Shown here in pieces: positions 29,070 to 44,789 of a DNA stretch of 64,000 nt (position 1 is the first letter of the stretch; every line of letters starts with the position of its first letter). The notes beneath the pieces are model-generated. The model was given only the letters and a program-made list of their open reading frames with translations, had not been told where the DNA came from and made no database searches. The position numbers were made by a program, and so were the translations under genes. Where the stretch lies: assembly GCF_009914755.1 (NCBI RefSeq), contig NC_060931.1. One strand, 5' to 3'. Source of the stretch: the human T2T-CHM13v2.0 reference genome, Homo sapiens.

Positions 29070-29520
29070 CTTTTCAGAAAATCAGTAGCCAATTTTCTGC
29101 CCCCAAACTTAAAAATGTTGAAATTCCTTGTCCCAGTAATTTCAACTTGTAGAATATATTCTAGGAAAACAGGTCCAAAGAAATTTTAAAAAATTATATA
29201 TATTCATTGAGTCTTATAATGAAAAACTCAAACACAATCCAGAAGTCCTATAATTGAGTAGGTAAATGCACAACAGTATAAGAATTCTATAGGATATTAT
29301 AAGACCATTTAAAATGTTTCATTGAACCATGATGCAATGTGGGAAATACTTATCACATAATGTTAAGTATGAAAGCAGAAAGTCAAGTATAATGTATATC
29401 ACAACTATAACTATAAAAATCAATGTACATATTCACATATATGGAATACAAAGTTTGAAAAATGTTAATATTTAGATGGTGGAAATCTGAGTAATATACT
29501 CTCCTTTTTTTCTACTCTTA
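29070..29520 (+). mobile_element. Old L1ME-like 3' fragment
   Basis: cccagtaatttcaacttgtagaatatattctaggaaa and similar degenerate L1 3' motifs. Confidence 0.55.
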
Positions 29521-30450
29521 CGCTACTTTTATGCAACTAACATATTAATTATCATAAAGTATTGCCACTCCACCTCCAACAAAGAGGTCGGCCTCAACTC
29601 CATGCTACTTTTGATCTATTTGAAGGCTCTGATTTGGCCCGAGTGGAGACCTTTGGTTGAATCCTCAAATTGGATATAAAATATTTCACTGCATAAGTTT
29701 CCGTCTTTCCCTTTACGGTGCGGGTTCTTAAAAGGCTCAAACATAATTAAAAAGCCCAGGACTTTTACACACTCCAAATCCTCAAGCAGCAGTGGGACAG
29801 CAGTCAGACTAAGATGAAAGAGCCCTGGGCCCCCACTGCAGGAACACGGGGCCTTTCATGTTACTCAGTCACCATCACCACCCCCACTCTCCTAAGAAGA
29901 AACCCACAGGAAAATCCTGATAGATTTAAAGCCTGTTAAAAAAATTCAACTGAACTCCAGTAATAAAATATTTGCATTGTTTATATAGAGAAATTACCTC
30001 AAAGACCTTGAGTACTCATGGCCTCTGCAAAACCTCCTATAGTTGTTTTGGCCAACAGTATGGAAACAATTATATATGATTAGTACCAGTGAACAAGACT
30101 TAATTACTTCACCATTCTACGAAGACCTGATTATAGCTGATTAGCAAAGATCATCAAGCATAAAGTGATTCTTCTTCTAGAATTCAGTGTAAAAGATGCT
30201 GATCAATCAGCAAATTCATAGTGCATCCATTTAATTTTACTCTCCATGGCCACTACAGGCAGCTTGCATCTCTCATGTGTCTCCCACAGCTTTCTTTACT
30301 GACAATCATTACTATATTTTGAAATCAATGTGATGTTTTTTTCATCCTTAAGGGACAATAGCAAAGTCCCCATGTTACAGCAAAAACACATTTATATGTA
30401 CAGCATTATATTACATGTTGAACTGACATGGAATGAGGACCATCCCTGAG

Positions 30451-30488
30451 TTGTTAGTCAAGACTTATCTTGTTAGTCAAGACTTATC
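30451..30488. repeat. Perfect 19-bp tandem duplication (ttgttagtcaagacttatc)x2
   Basis: Read directly. Confidence 0.95.
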
Positions 30489-31005
30489 ATAACAAGAGCA
30501 CCAACTCTCTGGACCAAGAAACAGCAAAGAGCTGAATTGCACAATCTCGCACAGGCAATGTGTAGAAGGTCTACTTTTGGGTACAAATGGAAATCCTTCC
30601 TTTGCAAAGCAAGGAAACCATTTTGTATTTCTGAAGGGCACATAAGTCAAATGCAACAAAAAAGAAATCAGAATAACGATCATGAGAAGTGATTTCAAAG
30701 GCAGGCCAGCATTAAATATAAGAATTCCAGAGCTCTTATTTGCACCTAAATGTCACATTTACTCTCATGAGCCCCTATAGGAATATCCCAGTTAGGTGCC
30801 TCTAGGCTGGGTGAGTGGATGAGATAGCCTAGGACCCAGTGGCTGAGCATGAGAAGCAGGTGGGCACGGCATAGGGGTGGTCCTGAAGCCCAAGGGCACA
30901 CGCTGGCTACCCACATCCTGATAGAAAAGTTCCAGGGAGGAACTTAGCTCTGACAAGGACAGGTTGGCCAAATATGTCTACACACTCATCCCACTTCTCC
31001 CCCGG

Positions 31006-31101
31006 TAGGGTGACCAACTGTCCCAGTTTGCCCTGGACAGGAGTTGCCCAGCAAGACATGCAGTGCTAAAACTGGGACACTCTGGAGCAAACTTACCCCT
31101 A
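31006..31101 (+). mobile_element. MER81-like hAT-Blackjack MITE
   Basis: tagggtgaccaactgtcccagtttgccc...cagtgctaaaactgggac...ccccta. Confidence 0.75.
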
Positions 31102-31620
31102 AGGCTTGCTGGTATTTTAAGCAACAAGGTCTAAAGACAGAAGGGAGGAGACAGAGATGAATGCAGCTTTTAGCTACACTTCCCTTGTCAATAGTGATTG
31201 GAACAAAACAAGGAACAAGGAAAGAGCTGGTTGGAGTTGGTCTCCAGCGACGTACTAGGCAGTGCCCTGAACATGCATTTCCTCACTTTCCTTTCTGGTC
31301 AGCTGTAGGCCTCTGGTAAGGGAGCAAAGCCACTGCTTTTAGAGACTTCTTTTACTCCTTAGAGGGCTGGCTGCTTAGCTTAGTGAAACTGATGGTTATG
31401 CAATGTCACAGAAAAATGCTTATCTTATGAAAAAAATCAATGAAAAACTGAGACTTCACTTGTTTGTACTCTAATTATCACATATTTAAAAATGCTTCAA
31501 ACCTGGGGAAAGAACAAATCAAAATACAGTTATTTGAGCTATGGTTGATTTATTTTAGATTGGCTATCTTCTAGGTTTCTGTTTTGTTTTGTTTTTGGCA
31601 AATGTGGTTACAATCCTTTT

Positions 31621-32146
<526 letters not shown>

Positions 32147-32184
32147 TTTTTTACAAAATAATTCTTTAAAAAGTTTAATTAATT

Positions 32185-32347
32185 AATTAATTTAGAGACC
32201 AGGTTATGAGACTGGCTATTTTTCGTATTTTTGGTAGAGACAGGGTATCACCATGTTGCCAAGGCTGCTCTCAAACTTCTGGGCTCAAGTGATCTACCTG
32301 CCTCCTTAAAGTGCTGGGATTACAGGCATGAGCCACTGCACCCAGCC
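32185..32347 (-). mobile_element. Monomeric Alu (J-type left arm plus a short atypical 3' segment)
   Basis: On the minus strand, the left arm and A-rich linker are followed by tagccagtctcataacctggtctc and then an AT tail. The normal right arm is absent. Confidence 0.85.
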
Positions 32348-33246
32348 TAGAATGCTTTTATAATGGAAAAAAAAAAAAAAAAGAACAATAATGCTATGAG
32401 GTTGGATACCTCAGTTTGGCAAAAGATGAGTCTTTTGGAGAAATAATTTGTAAGAATTCAAATACTACCATACCAGCTCTCATTTTTTTTTTCATGACAA
32501 CTAGGTAAAAAGCTTAATTTTAATTCATAGACAGTCTTTAAAAACTCATTCCAGAATTCAAGCCTTTCCAAGAGACGGCATTTGGTGACTTGGACCACAA
32601 GCATCTTTTTCTTCCTCTTTGTCAAAAGGCAGAGATGAGAAAAGCATCTTTATTATTATTAATTCTTTCTTGCTTTTCAACCTGCTTTCATGTGCATAGA
32701 GCTTTATTCTTGTACTGCTTCACAAGGTCAGGAACAGAAGTGTTCCACTGTCCGCCTCCACTTTACTGTTATGGAAACTGTGATACTGTGAGGCAACAGA
32801 ATGAGTCCTAGATCCCGACTTCCACCCTTCTACCTAAAATTTTTCCTTAAGAAAAGAGCTAAAGTTCCTTCAAACCAACAAGCATTTATTGACTCCCTGC
32901 AGCTAACCATTTAGTGCTACCAAAAGCTGCTGGAAACTGAGAGTTAGTTGCATATGAGACACAGTTCACATCTCCGGTTCAGAAACAATCTTGCTCTGTT
33001 TGTCTGGCCCTGGTGACATCTCTTAGTCACCTCTCACTTTGGCTCTATGGACAGGATGTGTGTGAGGGCATTACTCACAGTTGGTGGGGAGTGGCCTTGC
33101 TAAACCGCTGTGAAATACCAGCAGTGCCTTAAAAACAGGAGCTCCCGAGTGCGTGCTACATCCCCAGGCCTTGCACAGTGCCTGGTACCCCATAAAACCG
33201 ATGGACAATTACAGGGTATGGATTCTGCTCTTTAATGGTTTCATGT

Positions 33247-33668
33247 GGTGCTGTATAGTGACCATCTGCTGCTTTTGCATGCCCAGGTCCACTCTCCCTT
33301 CTCCTGGAAACTGTACTTTGTGGGTCACCCACACCTTCAGTGGATACAGCCCTGGTGGGAGTTGTCAATCACAGTGTCCTGCCTCCTCTGGCAAAGGATA
33401 AGCACATTACCTAAGTAAAGGCACTCAAATGCTCTTTCCCTGGAATTGGAATCATGGGCAGAGGACACAGAGTTCATTGATAAGTCTACTCATTAGTTTT
33501 GCTTCCTAGATCCCTAGAATTTTCCCCAATCTGCTGTTCTTTCTTCACCCCACTTCTTCAGTTTTTCCATGAATTCTAAGACCTATCCTGTCTTCCAATC
33601 AATTCCATTCATGCTTCAAGTAAGCAGAGTTATTTCTGTCACTGAAACCATGAAATCCAAACTCATAC
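33247..33668 (+). mobile_element. Old MLT1 (J/K/L-like) LTR
   Basis: Degenerate; the 3' end caagtaagcagagttatttctgtcactgaaacc...ctcataca resembles old MLT1. Confidence 0.55.
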
Positions 33669-34289
33669 ACCTTCGGACCAGTGCAGTGCATGCCAACACA
33701 CCATAACTGGAACTCGTAGACATGTGGGTGAACTTCCAAGAGCTTCAGCCCCTTTTCTGGACATGAGGATGCGACGAACTATACAGAATTGTAACGAGAA
33801 CTAATGAGACCATGTACACAAAGTTCCCAGCACAGTGCCTGACACAGAATAAGAGGTCAGTGAGTATTAGGTCCTCCTCCTTCTCAAGCAAGTTGATCAT
33901 CTGATAATGATTGGAGAGACTCGACACAGCACTTCTTCTAAATAAACCTTCAGAATATAGGGATGGTCTTTCTGTGTCAAATACTTGGTTGTCAATCTCA
34001 CTCTTTCAGAAAAAGGCCGACTGTAGGAAGAAATCCAGCCAGGATAAACCTGAACTCTATATATATTCAAGCTCTCGAAATAATAACACACCCTTGACTA
34101 CTAATTTTGCATGCATTGGCCACTGCATCTCAGTCTTTTCTTGAAAGTTAGAGCCATAAATTCATGTATTACTCTTTTAAAGGAACTTCTAATTCTGAAG
34201 CCTGGAATTCAAAATCACATGGAATTCCCCCACACTTAAATGCTAGAAAAGTGTGGTAAAGACTATGGCTTTTAAAAGGAAGTTTTTGA

Positions 34290-34530
34290 GTAATAATAAG
34301 ACTCTCTTGTTGTTTTTCTTATTATGTTCCAGGAACTGTGCTAAGCATTTTACAGCATTCTCAGAAGGCAGGTGTTATTTATCCCATTTTAGGCACAAGG
34401 AGGCAGAGGTGTAAGGAGGTAAGTCAGTGTACCATGATCCCCCAACAGGTGACTGAAATTCAAGTTCAGATCGACCTGAGCCCAAACTGTGTGCTTCTAA
34501 GTGCTCTTCCACATTGCCTCACTACTGTCT
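34290..34530 (-). mobile_element. MIR
   Basis: attatgttccaggaactgtgctaagcattttac...atcccatttt. Confidence 0.75.
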
Positions 34531-34659
34531 AAGGTCACTAACCTCCATAAGAACACATTGAACAGGTGCTTTATTCTATATTTGTAATTCCACAAGCAAG
34601 TGGCAAACCTAAAGTGTGACTCTTTGACATTAAGGATATATGTTTATAGTTATGTGCAT

Positions 34660-35193
<534 letters not shown>

Positions 35194-35675
35194 CTATGGA
35201 TTAGAATTGTGACTTAGGATGGAGGAGTTAGAACTCCATAAATAACTGCACCAGGCACGCCACTGACTGGACAGAACTAACAGCAGAAGCTTATAAAAGT
35301 AGCCGACACTTTCAGACAGAAGTCTTGACCTCTGGCCCTGCCTCAGCCCCGCAAGACCTGTGCTCACTGAGTGATCTTGGATATGTCATCTACTCACTCT
35401 GAGCTTTAATTTTCTCCTCTAAATAGTGGAAATAGCTACATCCCACAGCTGTCAGGAGGGCAAATAGGATACCAAACCTAAAGATTTCCTATAACTTGAA
35501 GAGCAGGTTTTACCAATGTTTTTATTGCTCTTTATCAAAGATAAACTAAAAAATAAATTCCTATACTGGAGTGCAGAGGTCTTAAGTTGGCTGTGTGAGG
35601 CTTGCATTCAGCATGCAGATGTATTTGGTTAGTCCAAATGGTGTTGTTGTAACTGTTTTTCCATTTAGATGCCAG

Positions 35676-36033
35676 TGTTATGGACCAAATGTTTGTATCC
35701 TCCCAAAACTCAAATGTGGAAAACCTAACAGCCAAAGTGATGGTGTTAGGAGATGGGGCCTTTGGAGGGTGATTAGGGGATAAGAGCAGAGCCCTCATGA
35801 ATGGAATTAGTGCCCCTACAAAAGAGACCTCAGAGAGCTCTCTATTACTCTTTCCACCATGTGAGGATACAAAAAGAGGTCAGTAGTCTGCAACCCAGGA
35901 GATCCTCACCAGAACTGATCATGCTGGTAATCTCATCTCAGATTTCCAGCTTCCAGAACTGTAAGAAACAATTTTTTCTTGTTTTTAAGCCCTTAGTCTA
36001 TGTTACTATGTTACAGCAGCCTGAACTAAGACA
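35676..36033 (+). mobile_element. MLT1A-like MaLR solo LTR
   Basis: TG...CA ends (tgttatggacc...gaactaagaca); 5-bp TSD gccag / gtcag. Confidence 0.88.
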
Positions 36034-38640
36034 GTCAGCATTTAAATATTCGGAGATCTGACCAGGCTGGGCCTGTATTTCCTCTCAGCCACAATGAGCT
36101 AACACTTTGCGGAGCTGTAACCCTGAGGCACACCCCCACCCCTGCCCTGGTATCCTCACACACACAGGCACAGGGTGGTTGTCATTTATTCAATGCTTAT
36201 GCTACTGTTTTTCTTAGAAGAGAAAAATATTCTCTGTATCCATACCTCTGTCATGGGTAAAAAAGATCAGTAGGTCTCAATCCAACACTATCCATTTATT
36301 TCACTTCCTTCCTGGATTTGCAGGTGGTTAAGTGTTCCCTCCATCTGAAATGGAAGGGAAGTGGCCTTTTGTCTGAGTTGGAGAAGAGGGCATGCTCACT
36401 TGTGTATGTAGTGTGTTTTGTTTGTTTTTTAGTTTACTCATATGAGATCTCTGCCTATTCAACAGACACGTTTATGGAGAGACTAAGGACTAAGTACCAT
36501 GGGAACAGGTATGGAAAGCTGTGACCCCTGTCTTTCAAATGCTTCAGATTTTTTTTTAACTTTTCAAAGCAGTGAATACTCAGAAAAGGAAAGGGAAATT
36601 TATGCTTTCATTCTTTAAGTTTTCCTTAGAAGAGGGGCCAAGAAAAGTCAGTTTCACTTAAACCTTTCTAAAATGCTAGTCCTTTTAACAATTCAAATCA
36701 TAAATTGAATTTCAGGTTCTAGATGCACATAAATCAGCAGTTTATTCATGAGTTTAACTATCTCAGCAAGAAAACCTTCTCCTAGTAAAGACCTAATGAA
36801 CAGAATCAGATGAGAATTAACCCTTATTTTAAATAGAGTATGCCTCTGAGGGGTAAATAATTTAAGGCAGATATAAAGCAACCATTTTAGCCAAAGATAC
36901 CTGCAGAAGAGTACGTTTACAGACACCTAGAAAGATTCCACACTCTATAAGCACAGATTTTCACTTAAAATTTAAGTCAGGCAGTGCCATGATGATAATC
37001 AGAGGTGAAAAAAGAACTCTGTGCTTTTAATACAGCCTGAGAGATTAGAGACAGAAATGTATATAAGTGTGCATTTTAGTTTATTTTCATTGTTGCTAGC
37101 ATGAAAGGCTAAGACTGAAAATAAATCATGTGAGGTCCACTTACTGTTCTAAACTTTAACCATTTTTTGTTGTGGTTAAAAAAAAAAAGCACACATGTTA
37201 CTGACAGAGAACACAAAACTTTTCTCTTTATTCCCTGCTTACAGCTCTTACTTATTAGGAAAATTACAGAAATACCAGAGAAGGAGGCTTTGGTATCTCA
37301 GCACAACAGGAAAGCAAATTGTGCTTTTGTGAGAAGGATGGATTTTTGTTGTTGCATTTTTAGACGAAAGATTTATGCTTATATTCTGGTCCATTTACAA
37401 TATATCATAATACTTTGCAGACAAAGTTATGCTTTTTTCCCAATGATCTAGTGACCTTAATCTCTAACATTCTGTGGTTTCCTGTTTGGGGAAATGATTG
37501 AACAGCAGCCTAAGCTATTCCAGGCTGCACAGCATTCCCAGTTGGCCTCTATCTGTCTTAGTTTTGAATGTTCTCCTGTTCACTAATCCAAAAAAAAAAT
37601 TCTTTTTTAAGGGAATTTTCCCTACAGATGCTAAATCAATGAAACTCCTGCAAATCAGCCCTCCAAACTTCCTCTTCTGGCTGCTTTACTTATCATTCTT
37701 CTATTACAAACTCTAATGTGGCCAGGAGTTCTTTTGGACTGAAGCAATTAGCATGTCCCACCAGTGCTTTCCCCCTAAGCAGAAAAGAATTAATTTCACT
37801 ATTATCCAGCTCAACAAACAATAATTCCCATGGGTTTCCCAAAAGCTCAGCTGCAGAAGAAAACTTTAATTCAGCTGAGGAGTATAACATTTAAGAAATG
37901 TCCCTGACTGGGGGCAGACTTGTTATCTGTCCATGGATAATGCGTTGACCTCAGCTGTCCATCACTCTCACTGTTGGCCATACTTCTTCCTGGTAATTGT
38001 GCAGAGTCTTAGGGATGTAATACTCAGGAGGCCTGAGTCCCCAAGGCCTGCTTGAAGAAGACTGGTAGAAAAATTGAATGAAACAGTAGTCATTTCTGCA
38101 ACCAAGTTGTTCTTAAAAAGAGACATATTTTGCTTTCACGTTTTAAGGAAAAGGGAAGACAAGAGAGTAAGTGAACTTAGAATAAACAGCCCCATGTGCC
38201 TCCCATCCCCCTACCAGCTGGTTTTGTCAAGATGAATAAAGAAGAATGGAAGTGGAACAGCAAGTTTGAGTCAGTGTCCAGCGATTATATAAATAATGTC
38301 TTTTGGCCAAAAAAAATTATTCCTGCTTTCTTGCACCTTAACTCTAAATTATTTTGCTGCTTTTAGTGGGGAACAACAAAGCCAACTTGAAAAGGATCCA
38401 GAAAGCCATCATTCTGATGCAATGATCTTTGGAAAAAAGCTCCCTACCTAGAACAGCACACTTAAACGACTTTTAAGAATGATCCAGAATAATTCTTGTC
38501 CTCTTGCTTGAATATAAAAGTCCTGGGGCCCCTTCTAGTCAGTCCTTTACTCTGCTTCTTGTTTCAGGGTCTGCTCTCATGGCTGCTTTCTGATCCCCTT
38601 GCCTCTCAAGAATCTCCTCTGACCATGATCAATAACTGGA

Positions 38641-38897
<257 letters not shown>

Positions 38898-39239
38898 TGA
38901 ATTTTAATAAACTGACTGTCCCAGGAGCAAGCTCACCCACTCCCACAGACAAATCTCTCCAGAGGAGGAATGTACCCCTGCCTGTCAGAAGGTCAGCTTC
39001 AAGGTCACACCTAAGGGTCATCTCCAAAGACTGCAATGTGCTTGACAAAGTTATTACCCTACTAGGAGGTGGGTCAAGGAGCCAATTTCTTTCTTTCTCC
39101 ACATCATTAAATATATTTAATTAACAAACACACATTTGCATACAACCCAACCAATAAGAAACGGCCCTGCAAGAGCAAAGAAAAAAATGCTTTAATTTAT
39201 AGACAGTTAAATCTATGGTATCGACCTACATTCTTCAAT

Positions 39240-39523
39240 AAAGTGTATTATAAGCACTTAAAATGTGGCTAGTCAAAATTGTTATGTGCATCTAAGATAC
39301 ACACAGGATTCTGAAGACTCAGTACAAAGAAAAGAATGTAAAATATTTCAATAATTTCTTAGTATCAATTAAAATTAATATGATGACATTATATATATAT
39401 AGTGTTAAGGACAATATATTGTTAAAATTGATTTCACCTGTTTCTTTTATAGTTTTCATGTGCCTTCTAGAAAATTTAAATGCACATATCTCCCTTGCAT
39501 TATATTTCTATTGGACAGCACTG
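39240..39523. mobile_element. MER33/MER3-like hAT-Charlie element
   Basis: agcacttaaaatgtggctagt...ttatatttctattggacagcactg terminus. Confidence 0.8.
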
Positions 39524-39818
39524 CTATACCTTGGGTTTGGTATATACTGGAAAGAAAATTGGTCCTCTCTGTCAATAGCTGCGAAGTAACAGAAGTAAGT
39601 AACTTCCAAGGACAGCCACTCTCGGAGGAGCGGTCTGCGGTTCATGAAGCTGGATTAAGGAAATTGGAAACTATGTCCATGTGGAGGAGGAGCAGCAGAT
39701 ACTCCCATAATAGCTATCATTACAGGGGAGTAGACAGGAACTATGGCAAAACCTGCTTGCTATTGGCTTGCCCTGCCAGCTCTCTGCTCCCCAACATTAC
39801 TACTGTCACTTAAGTTCA

Positions 39819-40267
<449 letters not shown>

Positions 40268-41509
40268 CTAAAGTGGTCCCGAATGCCAGCAGAGAGCAGG
40301 ACAGCCTCATCACAGGAGAAATGCTAAACAGCCTGCAAAAAGCATTAACCTAGAGATGCTCAGAAGCTCTCAAAACGGATATGGACAGTGGACGGGGAGG
40401 CCCTAGTGTGGTCAGGGAGCAGAGCATTCCGCAAAGTGCAGCCCTCCTTGGATTCTGGCTGACCCATTGGCATTCTCTCCTCCCATAACAAACTTGCCTT
40501 CCAGCTTGAGAAAATTCCAGTTTGAATAAAGGTTACTTTGCCTTTCTCTGAGAAGAGGACTGAGAGCGACAGTAGTAGGCACACATCCAAAGAACCAGAA
40601 AAGCTACTGCCAGGAGTCTAATTCCCACCTGTTGTTATCAATCCCCACACCCCCTCCCTGGTAGATAGCAAAGTTAGTGGAAGGTTTCCAACCAGGTTGA
40701 TCTCCTCATAAAAGAAGGCAAGTGCCTGGTTACACAGCTTACTTTTCTTTACCTTTTTTTTTTTTTAAAGTCTGTGCTCTGTGTTCTTTATGTTTTTATC
40801 TAGACAGGAAAACCTGGTATCAGTCAGGTGCAAGACTTTCTGCCCCATGCTCTCAATGGTTCTATTCATCAAAGCCACCCCATTACCTTGCAATTAGGTT
40901 TTTTGGTGTTGTTTTTCTTCCAAAAACACAACTCTCCCCTGTTGGGAGACTAAAGCATCCTTTTCCCTTTTCTTTCCAGAGAATGTCAAACAGGCTTAGA
41001 AGGAATGTGCAAATCACTGTAACAAATATGGGGACTGTCAGGAGGCTGAAGAAACAGACAAGAATCTTCAGAGTGAAAAGAGTAGAGGGGAAAGCCAGAA
41101 ATCAAGAAGGAGGGCATCAGGAGCTTCTGCCCAGAGCAAAAAGTTTCTGCTTTTGTGCTGTTGCGTTGATCATTACCCAATGACAAGACTTGGGAACAAT
41201 GATAATAATAACAGTCATAAGCAAGTAGATGGCACAGATTGACTCATGGCAGGAGTGTGGGTGGTTAGACAACTTCTACAACATAGACCAGGCAAATCCA
41301 ACGAAAAAGCCCTAGGAAGAGCCCAGAACATATGACTGGGGCTTCTGTCGGCAGTGGGAAGTGTGACAACGTGGCTTTCTCTTTTTGATAACAGACCAGG
41401 GTCAACTGCCACAGAATTAAGTCATCCACTCTCACACGAAAGAAGAGGAAACTGGAGTGGAAAGAGCATGGGGCCTGGAGTCAGACTGTATGGCAAACAG
41501 ACTCAAATC

Positions 41510-41533
41510 ATGATGATGATGATGATGATGATG
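41510..41533. repeat. (ATG)8 trinucleotide repeat
   Basis: Read directly. Confidence 0.95.
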
Positions 41534-41647
41534 GAAAAACAAAGACAAAAGCATTGGCTTTCCATTCTGGCTCTAGACCATCTGATGTGTGACCGTGACA
41601 TACAGACCAAATCAGCCCCCTAGGACCAATCTGTACATTATACATGA

Positions 41648-41963
<316 letters not shown>

Positions 41964-43597
41964 TTATTTTATTTCCTTTTGTTTTAAATTAAAAAATTAA
42001 ACCTTTCGTATATCCTCTCACACTTTATTAGATGGTGGTGGGCACACACTGCTTTGGATTCCCAGTGATTCCCAGTGGCCCAGTCTTTTAAAACATCTAC
42101 GTCGACTTTTTACATCTCCTATTATACTATGACATAAGGAATAAAGATGGAGTAGCCACTACAGCATGTGACATTTATTGCACAACAGATACTACTAATT
42201 GTATCCAGAAAAGAATACTCTCTCCACCCTTTCTCGATTTGTCTTTTCAAAGTAAAGTCAACGGATGTAATCGCCTGTGTTTCATACCAGCTGGGTTTCA
42301 TAGCAACTGAATTTAAATATACATTTCTTAGCTTACTGGGTTTTAGATCTCTGGAATCTGCATAGCAAATGGTATTGTCATTTATTATCTTTCTCTCTGA
42401 ACCACTCTCACCATGCCATGTTTAAGTAACTCTAGATGAAATTCTACATTTCCTGTAGCCACAATCACAAGTGTACTTTCTAATGTTTTAAGCATGAGAC
42501 ACTTTCAAACAACAACAAAATAAAGCCTTTATGACATGATGGTGGTGTGCACCAAGAAAAACAACTTAAACCATCTCATGGGGAAGAATATATTATTAAA
42601 TGGCTTAATGAAAGAATGAAGAGAAAATACAAACACACACGGGTTATCATGTGAACATTTCATCTAACATAAAGTATGAACAAGAGAAGATGTCGAAAGC
42701 ATGGCAAGTTTAGGTGAATCGAAATCAATTTCATAATTTATAGGTATTCTCTTTTCCCTTTATTCTCTGAAATGCTTAAAAATCAAAAAAGCCCAGAAGT
42801 ATGCCTCATTAAAAAAAGTAATGCTACTCTTGCATTTGGATTATAACGGATACAGATAAAATGAACTCACAAGGAACTCTGCAGTATAAATTGGTTTTCG
42901 AATGTACACTATTTTTATCTGCCTATAATGTGGCAGTTGCTTATCTATAGACTATAGTTACATAAAATAAATGTCCTAGAGTTAGCTTCCTTCTCTGCAG
43001 AAGTCATGCTTCACTGGGAGCTACTTCCTCCTCCCAGAAGTTTTCGTGAAATGATACTGGCATTCTCTTCATTGTCTTCAAAGGGCTAGGGGGAAATCAC
43101 ATACAGCTCACAGTCAACACAGTCAGACTTTTCCCATCATGGTTTGACAGAAGCTTAAAGTCCAACTAACAGTTGAAGAATTAGTATCATTTAAGTGTTA
43201 AATTTTTCTTGATATGCTAGACATTTATCAAATCTAGTTTCCTGGCCATGATTACCATCAACATTTTGCCATCAAAAAATGTTATGATGGAAAATGCCAC
43301 AAGCAATTAGAATGACTAACAAAATGAGTTAGATTTGCTGGAATATTTACCTTTCAAACTTCTAAGTCACATTTATTACTCAGGAACTCGCCATTCCTAA
43401 AGGAAGATCTTTTGATAGCCTGGGATAAGTAAATAGAACTCTAATGACCTGGGTGTTAAGATTTCAGTCTGGTAGTGAAGCTAAGAAACACTAACATCCT
43501 GAATTCTGAAGATGCAATTAGGTGAAATTTAATGAGCTGTAGAATGATAAGTGACAGGGAAATGTAACTTTATATTTACCATTTCCTGACTAGATGA

Positions 43598-43898
<301 letters not shown>

Positions 43899-44057
43899 AG
43901 GTAAACTTTTACATACAGCATATTAAGCCCTACCCAAAGGCAACTTAACCTTCAAAAGCACAAGTGCAAGTAAGAATTGGCATTTGCAGATGGTTCCTCT
44001 TAAAACTGCAGTGTCCTTCCAGACCACTTAGAAACACAAACAACCTCAAATTCAAGG

Positions 44058-44109
44058 ACACACACATGCACGTGCGCGCGTGCACACACACACACACACA
44101 CACACATAC
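44058..44109. repeat. Compound (CA)n/(CG)n alternating purine-pyrimidine tract
   Basis: acacacacatgcacgtgcgcgcgtgcacacaca...catac. Confidence 0.92.
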
Positions 44110-44789
44110 TCATACACGGTCTTTGAAAATACAGCACAAATGATTTTTTTTTTAAGCAAGGCAGGAACTATAACCAGACAGAGAAAAGGGGGTTGAAAAC
44201 ATTTTCAGAATCTTCAAGAAAAACAATAACAATGTAAATTCTATATCACAAGGAATACGGGACCAGGGGACCTCTCCAAAGAGCAGAGATTTCAAAGCCA
44301 AAGCTCCTGGAGACTGTGGGTTGCATTTCCTAGATTCTAGAGATACCCTATCCTTTCATCACCATGTTTAATTATTTTTAAAATGAGGATACATCTTACA
44401 ATCAGTGTATGAGAGTGCATTCGCATTTTTTTAATGCTGCTGATTAAGACTAAGGACTAAGGAATATACATGATATAATCAATGGTACTTGAGGTGGTGG
44501 ATTATTTGCACTTATAATTGAATATATGTTTATTGTAAAGGTGGTTTATAGTACAAATGAACAAGCCATTTGTCTTCCGTCATTCCATCCTTTCTTTTCC
44601 TTCCCTTCCTTCTTTCCAACTTTATTGCATACTACTATGTGCTGGTTGCTATAGTAGGTAGCTAAATCAGAATCTTTGGTGGAGTGGGCCTGATTAGGTG
44701 TTGTTAGAGCACCCCAGGTGTTTCTAATGCAAAGGGAGCCATTTGCATTAGAAACCATGCAGTTTCAGAATGGTTGGAAAAGGGAAGAT

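Noticed and set aside
32185-32347. BC200 or snaR small-RNA pseudogene
   Set aside because: The 3' segment does not match my recollection of the BC200 unique C-rich tail or of snaR; kept as a monomeric Alu.
40722-41183. 153-aa plus-strand ORF
   Set aside because: Non-ATG start, no recognisable homology, and a length within chance expectation for 64 kb in six frames.
41510-41533. Poly-Met coding tract
   Set aside because: A simple intronic (ATG)8 microsatellite with no exon context.
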